Below, piece after piece: positions 30,101 through 39,009 of a DNA stretch of 64,000 bases (position 1 is the stretch's first letter; every line of letters starts with the position of its first letter). The DNA is from Lytechinus pictus. Taxonomy: Eukaryota. The notes under the pieces were generated by a model. That model made no database searches. It was not told the origin of the DNA and saw nothing but the letters and a program-made list of their open reading frames with translations. A program made the translations under genes and the position numbers. Location: positions 22,010,001 to 22,074,000 of the forward strand of contig NC_087255.1 in NCBI RefSeq assembly GCF_037042905.1, in the 5' to 3' direction.

Positions 30101-33100
30101 AAAAGAAAGAAAAAAAAGGTCTTCAATAAAAAATAAAGGTTATTGAAAAAAAATTGAAAAAGCAAAAAAAAAAAAAAAAGGTCTTCAAGCTCGTCAGGGG
30201 GGGCAATAAAGGTATTCAAGTTCGTCAGGGGGGGGGGGGCATAAAAGGTCTTTCAAGCTCGTCAGGGGGGGGGGGCAGTGATATGTATTTTGTATGGGTT
30301 GTTGCTCGTCCCCCCCGTAGGTACGCTAGTGGTAAGAGGCCACATTCATTTTATAAAATTAAAATTCAAGCATTAGTTTGAATAAACTTAACTTTGGTAT
30401 TTCGTGATCATTCCATGTGGTATGGGTATCAAATGAAAGAGCAGACAGTTTTATGTTTAAAATTCAGATAGCCCTGATAAGTGACTTTTTGGTATCCTTT
30501 CTTTGAACTGTTTTTCTTGTGCAAGAATGAAAAATCTTCTGAGTTAAACCGGGTGAAAAATAAAAGCAATTTGCATGTTGCATTGTGTTTACGCACTGTA
30601 TTAGACATGCTTTTACTATGTGCATTTATTTTCTGGTTATCATTCAGGCTCAGACTTGCTGCTATGGACTTCAATGAAAATGGCAACCGACAGCAGGCAA
30701 AAACGTTGAAAGGGGACAAGCGGTACATGGTCAGCAAACCAAAGTACAAGCCAGGGAAGGCATCAGTGAAAGCTGTTAAGGAAGCAAAAACATTCAGTGA
30801 GTTTATTTTGTTCTGTGTGTTATCGACTATAGGTTCATCATCATATCAGAAACATATTATGAAAAAGGATGATTCCATGGCAATGATTCATTACTAGAGT
30901 AACATCAGTTAAATCCTACTTTTCTCATGTGTTATGTTGATCACTATAACTGTTCTCAACAATATAATCTATAAAGATTAAAGAGCTTTTTTTTTTCCTT
31001 GATGCCCATTGGTGGTACATTTTATAGCATACTAACATGGCATAAGAAAAACACTGGTAAATCAATACCATCCAACATATTTGTATATCCATTAGCTGGT
31101 CTAGCTGACCTGTACATGTTGAACCTCACTTTTTAACCTTTTTGTATCTCAGAATTTGTTGATGATCTGATGGATGAGGTCAGACGATTGTGCACAGGAT
31201 CATCTCAACTGCCAGAGAGGAAGGAAGCCCCGCCATCTTTATGCAGTGAATATACCTTTCCTCCCAAGGAGGAACTTGTTCAGGATCACCGAAGTCGTTT
31301 TAATTAAAATAAGCGAACTGTAAACCCTATCATGCTAATATCGTATACAGCTTCATGATAAATTGGAACGAATGAAAGATTGAACACATAAGTTCATTTA
31401 AGAGAAAATTTAGTTACTCTATTGAAGAAAAGATTCCTTATGATTAAACATGCCATTTTCATCTGATGAACTATATTTTTTAGCGAATTTTATATGAAGA
31501 CATACATCTCTGATGTACATGTAGTTGTACAAATAACATTGTGAAGGCAAAACAGATGACTGAGCAATTTGATACCTTTGCTTCAAAATTATTAAACAAA
31601 AAGAATCATATCTATTATGGAATTATATTTGTTTAAGTTTTGTTCAACAGTAAAGTCGACCACATACTTGTGAGTGATCAGTTACATAATTTTAAGGAAA
31701 TATTGTTGGGAAAGATTTGTTCAACAGTAACACATGTACAATTCTTCTTTGCAAGGAGTTTTGTTAGAAATACTATTCATTTGAAACGTTGGTCAATGAT
31801 TATCATGATGAGTTGTGGTTCAAAATCTCTCATGCTGGCCGGTTACGACCACTGTAGCTCCAACAGTGGTTTCCAAAAGAAAACTTTCATGGTCTATACA
31901 ATTTCGGAATACTAGTAACTGCAATAATTGTATAAAATTTTGAAGATTTAAGAGCATTATCAGAATGTTTTCTCTACTGTGTTATTTGCATGTAATAAGT
32001 AGATATTTCTTTACATAAATGTGATTGTATTTATAAATGTAGATGAAGTAGTTGAAGTACATTTGATATGCATGTCAAAGTATTTCACGTTTTAGCCAGC
32101 TGAATTTGATGACTCGGATATGTGTCGTGTAGCTTAAAAAAAATCTTGCATGACCTGAAGCAACGGCTACTAAAATCAGAAAACATTTTTTTAAAGCATT
32201 TTTACAAGCAACTCTGTAAGAAGTTATATAGCATGTATTACATAGATATTTCTTTGTATGAATGTTATTGTGTTTATAAATGTAGGTGAAGTGGTAGAAA
32301 TACATTTGAAATGCATTTCAAAGTGTTCCATGTTTTAAACAGCTGAATTTGATGATTCAGGTAGCTTCCAAAATCTTCCCTGATGTAACATCTACTAAAA
32401 TTGGAAAACATTTTTTTCCCCCCAATTTTTTCAAGCATTTGTACAAGCAACTCTGTAAACTACCTCCATGGTTATACTTATCTTGACCCATTCAGGACAG
32501 GAATTAATTAACAACTAAAGTGATCACATTTCGTTCCTCAAATGGGCAACAGCAATATTTATTTTAATGCTACATGCTTCCAATTGAATGTGATGTCTTT
32601 GAAACCAACATACATGGTTTGGAACTTGGATAATATTTTTTAAACGCCAATTTCGATGAAAAACTCTGGTCTTCAATTCTTCCAATGTGTTGCCAATTTG
32701 AGGAGTTTAAAGATTATCCTCATAAAATTCCTGGCAGTATGGTCACTCAACAATGAGTGCAATGTATGCATAGTTTTTTTTTCTCTCTTTTACTAATGTA
32801 CCTGGTGTAATTTTTAGAGCTCTGAAACAAAAATGATTTACCTTAACCACTTAAGGTCGATTGTCCTGAACGAGTTAAGCCATAACATGTCTATTGACCA
32901 GCTTATATTTATTCATATTTATGTCTCTTGCACTCATTTCTACTTGCAAATCAATGCTTCTCTGAGAATATAATAGTTTGCAGGATTTTTTAACAAAAAA
33001 AAAAGCATTCTGTCTCTTGTCTTTCTACAGCTACTGCATAGTTTATGGTAATACAGTCCACTACCATTATATGTGCACTGGAAGGACGCTCTTGTTGCAA

Positions 33101-36100
33101 TGCTCCAAATGTCTAAACTGTGCATTGGCATATTTTTTATGCAAGTATAAAGTGTAAAATCAATGCCGCATTTATTTAGAGGTAATTGATTTGGCCTGGA
33201 AAGTCTTATTATAATGGGAGTGGACTATTGTAATTTTAGACTGAATATTGTTGACAACCATAAAGGATTTTTATATGTAGGTTTTAAAAATGAGATCACC
33301 GAGACTGTACATTGCAAGTTGGCAATTTGGAAAGTAAATTATAACAAGTGGTAGGGACAACTTTCCAATGGGCTGTATACTCAGTTCTCAGGGAATTGTG
33401 TATTACCCATAAGTAGGGCCCCCTCCCGGTAGTACTTGAAATATCAGCATCTTTTATGTTCCTGAGCAAAAATACCATATATAATTTTAAGTAAAAATGT
33501 GAATAAAAATAACTTTTTATGCAATACACATTTGTGTATATTGGGCAAATGGAAAATATTCCCTCCATCAAGATGACAGCATCAATACGGTGAAGCCTCC
33601 ATGATAGTTAATGGTATACAAATTACAAATTTTTACAACTTTCAGAAATTCATAACTTTCTTGTTACTCCGATATAATACACTTTCACCTATTGTATTAT
33701 TTTTCTTTCCCCTCTTTTAACAACTTTTTATCTTGGTTGGATTCCTCTTTACATGCACTCTTGCCCCTTGGGCCTGTTTCATAAAGAGTAACAACAGTTG
33801 GTAGTTTTGTCATTATGGCAACTACCATGGTAACCTTGATTTTGATTGGCTGCTGAGCAATGTTACCATGGTAATTTCCATAATGGCAAAGTTACAACAG
33901 TCACAGTTCTTTATGAAACGGGCCCCAGATTCCACTATCGCTCTTTTGTCCCTCTTTCACATGTTCTCCACTTCCATCAAATCTACATTGTACAATGCTC
34001 TTACCTCTGAATTTAAATACAGATAACTCTGCCTAAGTCTACCTTATATTCATCTAAGTCAAAGCAATTTTGCAACATTCAATCATTCATCTATCATCCA
34101 ACATTTCCTAGCCTGTAGTCTTGCCCGGGGCTACTGCCATTGTCTTTTGCGTTCAACTGTTAACAGTGGGCTACAAAGTAGCACAGCCTATACACTCCGG
34201 TCCTGCATTAATAGTTGCCGTTGTTTATCAACAACAGACAACACATAATTTTAGTATGAAACTTCCACACCTATTTGTTGACCATAATTTAAAAAAATTG
34301 ACCAACGCTAACTGTAGTATAAGCTGTGGGCTGCAAATCGTTGTTTGTTTACATTAACAGTTGGCAGCAAAAGACAATAGCACCAGCCGCTGCCTAGATT
34401 ATAGGCCAAACATACCCAAAATGTTTGGTTTCATTAGTTCACTCTTGTTATAATGATAATCAGATAAAGTAATTTATAATGACAGGCAGTTTTCCAGTAC
34501 CAATTTCATATGTACTGCATGAGTGCTGCCATAAATATTAAGATTATAACAGAAGTGGACTGTAGTAAGACTGCCTAAACTGACTTTGGAAAAGAACGCA
34601 AGAAAATTAAGTTGGTTTGAACACCTTTATTTAAAGAAAACAGAAATAAATACAATCAGCACTTCCCTGTTATTTCATCAAAACATACAATAATAAAACA
34701 ACTCTGAGTGCTTGTCTTTAGCACAGTGATAAAAACATCAGAATCTTTATGACTTTTTATCAGTCAAAAATGTGACAAAAAGAAATTTTCTTCTACACAC
34801 CAGGTATACTTGGCAAAAAATTTCTTTCAAATTACATGTACTTCTAGTTGAGAGATCACAAAATAATGGCACTCGATAAAATGTTTAAGACTTAAGTACA
34901 TCCAGTCCTTGTCATGGAATCAATCATGTATGTCTCTGTTGATTCAGAGGCGCCTTCATTGAAATCAACATAAAAAAGGTCTACGCATCTTCAAAACCTC
35001 TGTAAATGTCCGATGGATAAGTAGCTCGGATGTGAGTCACCGCACAGGAAGGTAGGGGGACGCGCACAGATCTCCCTAGAAATCCCCAACACCATCTTGC
35101 GAGCTGCCGATAGCCAACGTGCCTGTGTTTCCTACAAAAAATAAATAGAAATTAAAAATAAGTAAATCAGATACAGAACATCACATGATTTCTAAATCTA
35201 CATCATTAAAATTTCCCCTAAATCCTACTGACTACCATTAGCGGCGGAAGTCAAAAAATCTAGGGGGATTACCAACATTTTTTGACAAGCAACCCCCCCC
35301 CCCCCAATAAAAAAAGTTATCAACCAAAATTTTAGGGGGGGGGGACAAGAAAATCTTTTGACAAGCAAAAAAAAGGTGATCAAATAAAAATTTAGGGGGG
35401 ATCGTCCCCCCACCTCAAATTTAGGGGGTGGGGACACGTTCCCTCCCCCCCCCCCGCCTATGCTGACTACTACATGTGCATATATTTTAGGTGATTCATA
35501 AGTAAGGAGGGGGTTGTAGTTAACACCTCTGAGTCAAAAAAGAATAAAATTGAAGACTGCTAATGGAAATAACCATTCAAAAATATATATCACCGTAGCT
35601 CATTACAACACTTACCTTATGTCTTATGATACATATTTTCATAATTTTAAATGATATAAAACATGATACCATTCAGGACAATTGAGTATTTTGAGTTGAT
35701 AAAAATCATGTTTTTTTTTATAATTTTTTTCTTATTCCAATATTAGATTGCAGAAAATAAGTGCAATTGTTCATGAAAAAACACTCACTCATTTTCAGTT
35801 GCATCATGCCGTGCTCTGTCACCATATTGCTGACGATACCCTAAGTATGCAGTGTCTAAAACCCACGGATTTAAACAAACCCCTTCAAAGCCAGGGTGCT
35901 CTGTGATGCAGTTCAGTTCTGCAGCAGTGTACTGGTCCATCATCGCCACTACCTGAGCCACTTCTTTGCAGCAGTACGACTCGACAACTCGAGGCATCGC
36001 TTGGCATCCTCCGCTGCATGAACACCTGCATGAACAACAGAAATTTGAAAAACAAAATGAAAACATTTATTAGACTGCAAGATACCAAGTGTTAGGTCAA

Positions 36101-37196
36101 GTAAAATGATTCCTAGTTCACTCCATCGAATTCGAAGCGCCTCAGCTCAGGTCAAAGCATCGGGCAGCAGCCACAGCTCAGATCCGTTCACCAGCCTCGT
36201 TTCGGCTTTTAATAGCAACGTAACTGAGCTGTGTTTCCAGCCGGAAGCGTCGGGTAGCAGCGGCTGCAGCGCACGCTAGTGCTCCGTCACTTCCAATCCG
36301 ACCTTCTCAGATGAGACATCTTTTTCAGACACTCAGGGTACTAGTTACGGAGTATTAATAATACGATTATGTATGAGATAATCTTACCAATTGTTGTTTC
36401 CAAGTCTACCCTCAATGTCATTTTCTTGGATGGCACCAACATTCTGAATTTCTTCCCCTGGTTGGAACTCGGGCTCGAATTGGTACGGCAAAATACCCGC
36501 TGCTTGCATGCCAGCAGGAATATCAGGACCGGCCTCTACTTGATTTTCTCTGGCAAATTCTTCTTCTTGCTCACTCTCTGAATTCGACCATGGAGAATCT
36601 TGATCAGATGACAAGTGGGCAGGATCATATTCACTCTCTGATCCTGAAAGATCACTCATGATTTGTGCTTGAATTTAAAATGTTTCGCGAGAACTTGTTG
36701 TGAAAATTCAATGGATACGCGCGCTTGGCCGAGCGATCCCACTGCTTGATATTCCCTTGATGACGTCACACAACGATTACGTAATCGGTAGACTTTTGAA
36801 CAATTTTAGTGGGCGTTCCCTAACCGTGGTCTTTTTCCTGATTTGTGTCGAATTGAGACAAAATTACGGGAAACAATTGCCAGATTCGTATTCAGCATGA
36901 AAAATTGCATATACTACATCATAATAAATTTTTTTGAGGTGACAATGTCAGAAAACCTTTAAAGCTACCATGTCCTTATTCGGCCTCTTTTCCACAGGGA
37001 CCGTGTCCGTACCACAGTCAACGTAGAGGGCGACTCGTTCGGTTGCGGCATAATTTACAAGTACACCAAACCTGACTTTGACCGCATCGACCAAGAGAAT
37101 ATGGAGAAAGCATTGACGAACGGTTACCACAACGAGAAGAAAACCCCCATTGATATGCTGGATGGTAACATCTCCGGAGACGACACACGCTTGTAA
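160..37196 (+). CDS. SLC1A: SLC1/EAAT-family Na+-dependent acidic amino-acid (glutamate/aspartate) transporter, paralog A, ~537 aa; exons 160-396, 1544-1791, 12170-12212, 15148-15470, 16397-16630, 20348-20542, 21863-21997, 36998-37196
   Basis: All introns are GT-AG with consistent phases (1614 nt total). Family motifs: [39 protein letters not shown] (HP1), [24 protein letters not shown] (TM7), [12 protein letters not shown] (HP2), [16 protein letters not shown] (TM8). The symbol is family level only; a specific vertebrate ortholog cannot be assigned. Confidence 0.93.
833..1054. mobile_element. Palindromic MITE
   Basis: GCACT...AAAACAAAT..GTCAAA..TGACTAG is mirrored by CTAGTCAATTTGACTAATTTGTTTTAAGAGTGC, with an internal inverted pair CAGCTGGGTGCAAC / GTTGCACCCAGCTG. 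Confidence 0.7.
1208..1525. mobile_element. MITE with 3-bp AAT TSD (PIF/Harbinger-like)
   Basis: TIR GGCCCGTATTCTGAAGTC..GTTTAA... at both ends, AAT on both flanks, second copy at ~5370-5620. Confidence 0.8.
2231..3110 (+). repeat. Exact 94-bp direct duplication (2231-2324 and 3017-3110)
   Basis: Identical AAGGTTATTATTG...GATTTCTTTCAAC. Confidence 0.9.
4422..4694. mobile_element. MITE
   Basis: TIR GGGCCCCGTCTTACAA..TTACGATTGATCCG / CGGATCAATCGTAACTCGTTGTAAGACGGGGTCC. Confidence 0.7.
5370..5620. mobile_element. Truncated second copy of the 1208-1525 MITE
   Basis: High identity to 1208-1430, followed by another TIR start (GGCTCGTATTCTGAAGTC) at ~5592. Confidence 0.75.
6057..10452. mobile_element. 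Non-autonomous TIR element hosting a nested foldback insertion
   Basis: 18-bp TIR CTGCACCATCCCGAGTTT (6057-6074) / AAACTCGGGATGGTGCAG (10435-10452). The palindrome AATCTCGAGATT or close variants repeats near both ends. No clear TSD. Confidence 0.65.
6143..9672. mobile_element. Foldback-like element with long inverted arms and an internal ~177-bp tandem array in head-to-head orientation
   Basis: TAGACGGGTCAATATA (6143) / TATATTGACCCGTCTA (9672). Arms 6176-6500 and 9330-9649 are near-identical inverted copies. About 10 forward units (AAGTTACAAGGACAGTCAGTGG...CAAGATGGC at ~6547, 6725, 6900, 7076, 7253, 7430, 7607, 7783, 7960, 8137) and about 6 reverse units (8380-9250). Confidence 0.85.
11402..11768 (-). 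pseudogene. Decayed fragment of an Ig-domain gene with a hydrophobic C-terminal tail, antisense within intron 2 of paralog A
   Basis: 11768-11576 encodes ...[25 protein letters not shown]... (Ig E/F/G strand pattern). After a TTTTCAG acceptor, 11541-11402 encodes ...[15 protein letters not shown]. The intervening 34-bp spacer starts with GA rather than GT. Confidence 0.55.
15893..16165. repeat. Interspersed repeat; other copies at ~16690-16930, 18782-19020 and 57950-58140
   Basis: Shared GTCGAAAAT.GGTGAATCAAAAC...CGGTTCACCAA.TTTCGACAAA...GGGCATTTTCAATA. Confidence 0.7.
17175..17410. repeat. CACAGTGTG-rich interspersed repeat, with an inverted copy at ~55000-55260
   Basis: CACAGTGTGTTCACATTGTAGAACACAATGT matches the reverse complement of ~55220-55251. 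Confidence 0.65.
19692..19991. mobile_element. G/C-tract MITE
   Basis: Ends CAGAAGCGGATCTAG / CTGGATCCGCCCCTG. Confidence 0.6.
22798..31307 (+). CDS. THAP-domain DDE transposase (Kolobok-type), ~783 aa; exons 22798-23130, 25717-25884, 26324-26411, 26970-27234, 27457-28033, 28329-28515, 29008-29265, 29545-29716, 30648-30796, 31153-31307
   Basis: N-terminal THAP C2CH (CIVGGC...W...CSSHF...LKPDAVP), an acidic/Ser linker, a basic NLS-like KRQRKRKRR and CxxC...CxxC. Catalytic-type motifs: [33 protein letters not shown]. The spliced ORF is uninterrupted (2352 nt). Exons 2-4 are less certain than 1 and 5-10. Confidence 0.85.
24068..24320 (+). mobile_element. tRNA-derived SINE in transposase intron 1
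   Basis: A-box-like GGTGGCTCTAGTGG and B box GGTTCGATACC, followed by a non-tRNA body and an AT-rich tail. Confidence 0.7.
29935..30331. mobile_element. hAT-like MITE nested in a transposase intron
   Basis: TIR CAGTGGCGTACCTA / TAGGTACGCTAGTG, perfect 8-bp TSD GTAAGAGG (29927-29934, 30332-30339), internal A-rich/G-tract repeats. Confidence 0.85.
33770..33927. mobile_element. MITE carrying X-box-like and CCAAT motifs
   Basis: TIR GGGCCTGTTTCATAAAGA / TCTTTATGAAACGGGCCC; relatives at ~4020-4161 and ~48500-48630. Confidence 0.7.
34981..36659 (-). CDS. Transposon accessory protein (KolX-like) resembling the P2X7 C-terminal ballast / nanor-like Cys-rich domain, ~219 aa; exons 36659-36388, 36025-35789, 35131-34981
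   Basis: The 660-nt spliced ORF has an acidic N-terminus with PYQFEP, then WCSCSGGC...ESYCC...[18 protein letters not shown]...[17 protein letters not shown]...LPSC...IRATYP...YRGF. This is colinear with the P2X7 tail (WCQCGSC, ELCC, CITTS, RHCAYR, LPSC, IRKEFP, YSGF). Confidence 0.85.
35236..35462. mobile_element. hAT-like MITE nested in an intron of the KolX-like gene
   Basis: 8-bp TSD CTGACTAC (35228-35235, 35463-35470); ends CAT..GCGG / CCGCCTATG. Confidence 0.75.
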
Positions 37197-37323
37197 ACCG
37201 ACATCCCGCCGACATCGATTTCGAGTTCAAAGACCAATTGGTGCAAACCATTCTACTTTCTACATTCTACATTCTAGTTTCGTAGGCCTTCTTTGAAAAC
37301 GCAATGCATTTCAGAATGCTCTA

Positions 37324-37578
37324 GTGGGCGGAAATCCTAGGGGGACAGGGGGACGCGTCCCCCCTACCCCAAATAGCAGGGGGACACAATATCAAATGTC
37401 CCCCTACTATTTTTAGTCTTTTATGATGGAAAGAATTACATCATTCAAAATCGAAATAAAACATGCATTTTTTTTGCTTGTCAAATTTATTTTGGTCGAA
37501 ATGACCTTACATTGGGGTATTAACCTTTTTTTTCCAGCCCTTGGTCCCTCTACCTTTGGGGAGAGATTTCCGCCCTTG
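37324..37578. mobile_element. G/C-tract MITE downstream of the paralog A stop codon
   Basis: Ends GGGCGGAAATC / GATTTCCGCCC. Confidence 0.6.
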
Positions 37579-38427
37579 GCTCTCATACGAAAGCAAAAGC
37601 ATTCTACTATTTGATTTTAACTTCTAAGGCAATATCACTTCTCATCTTTCGACAGGTAACGAATGGAGCTCAAATTTTTGTTGTTACGTAATGACCACTT
37701 TCAGTTGCTCAATAGGAAATTAGAATACGAGGCCTTTGAAAACACGAGAACCGCACAAAATGTTACTGTTTTCATAATTTAGACATAAATTTCAAAGTAA
37801 TGTCTAAATCTTCGAGAAGCAAATGTAGTCTACGCAATATCGAATCTAAAAATGTTTACTCAGAATTTTCCTGTATTATAATTTTTTGAAGCATATTGTA
37901 TTTCTTTATTTTTTCACGGTTAATCGTATAAAGTTTTGCTGTGCTTTGTTTTATTATAATCGCATAATGTAATTTGATATTACCTACAAATTGATATCAA
38001 GCATTTTATGCATTATTTTTCTGTTACCCAGTGACCACCCCTCTCTCCCCTCTCTTTCTCCCTCTCTCTTTCTCTTCCAAACATGAGTGCATTTTTCCAA
38101 AGAGAGCATTACGCACATGATAAAATCCAGAACTTTATTTCATTTAAATACTGAATTACTTTATCGCCTGTAATGCTTTAACTTTTCATGCTTTTCAACA
38201 GGTTAATTACTAAAAAAATTGAATCTTCTTTTGTGAACCATGGTCACCTACATCCTTTTTATCGTTTATGTCTTTCATTTTTGTTTCATATTGTATATAT
38301 ATATTATACTATAACGATGAGTATATTTGTATATTTTAGTACTTTCGTATAGTTTTATCGCAGCTTGCTATATACATATTTCGCAATTTACTCCAAATCT
38401 CTATGTAGGGTTGTTTTTCAGCCTAAA

Positions 38428-39009
38428 AGGGATGGTCCAGGCTGAAAGTATTCATAGCTTAATAAATAGAGTAGAATTCACTGAGCAAAATGCTGAAAAT
38501 TTCATCGAAATCGGATAACAAATAACAAAGTTATTGAATTTTAAAGTTTAGCAATATTTTGTGAAAACAGTCGTCATGAATATTCATTACGTGGGTTGAT
38601 GATGTCACATCTCCACTTATTATTTTGTATTTTATTATATGAAATTAGGTTTATTCAATTTTTTTCCTCCAAGAACTAGAAAAATTGGATTGACAACTGA
38701 TTTAGTGCATTAGATATTTATTGCTGCAACTTATTTCATTATAAGGGAGATATATTATTCACACAAGTATGAATTAATGAAAAAATATGATTTTATGTAA
38801 TAACATAAGAAAACAGAAAGTGGAGATGTGACATCATCAGCCCACCTAATGAATATTCATGACGACTGTTTTCACAATATATTGCTAAACTTTAAACTTC
38901 AATAACTTTATTATTTGTTATCCGATTTTGATGAAATTTTTTGGCATTTTGCTCAGTGAATTCTACTCTATGTATTAAGATATAAATATTTTCAGCCCGG
39001 ACCATCCCT
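38428..39009. mobile_element. Non-autonomous Kolobok-like foldback MITE
   Basis: AGGGATGGTCC.GGCTGAAA...TTTCAGCCCGGACCATCCCT; flanks TAAA / TTAA; ~200-bp inverted arms. Confidence 0.85.

Larger units (their letters stand above)
22430..36958 (+). mobile_element. Full-length Kolobok-type DNA transposon (~14.5 kb) in the last intron of EAAT paralog A
   Basis: TTAA at 22426-22429 and 36959-36962. Termini AGGTTCTGA... and ...TCAGAAAACCT form a short imperfect TIR. A 16-bp subterminal inverted motif lies at 22635-22650 and 36751-36766. The element encodes a THAP-DDE transposase plus a convergent accessory gene, the known Kolobok organisation. Confidence 0.85.

Noticed and set aside
34981-36659. 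A genuine P2X7 receptor gene
   Set aside because: There are no transmembrane or ATP-binding ectodomain exons; only the ballast-like domain is present, inside a transposon.
22426-36962. piggyBac assignment based on the TTAA TSD
   Set aside because: The ends are AGG...CCT rather than CCY...RGG, and the THAP plus DGRxDSPGH transposase is not piggyBac-like.
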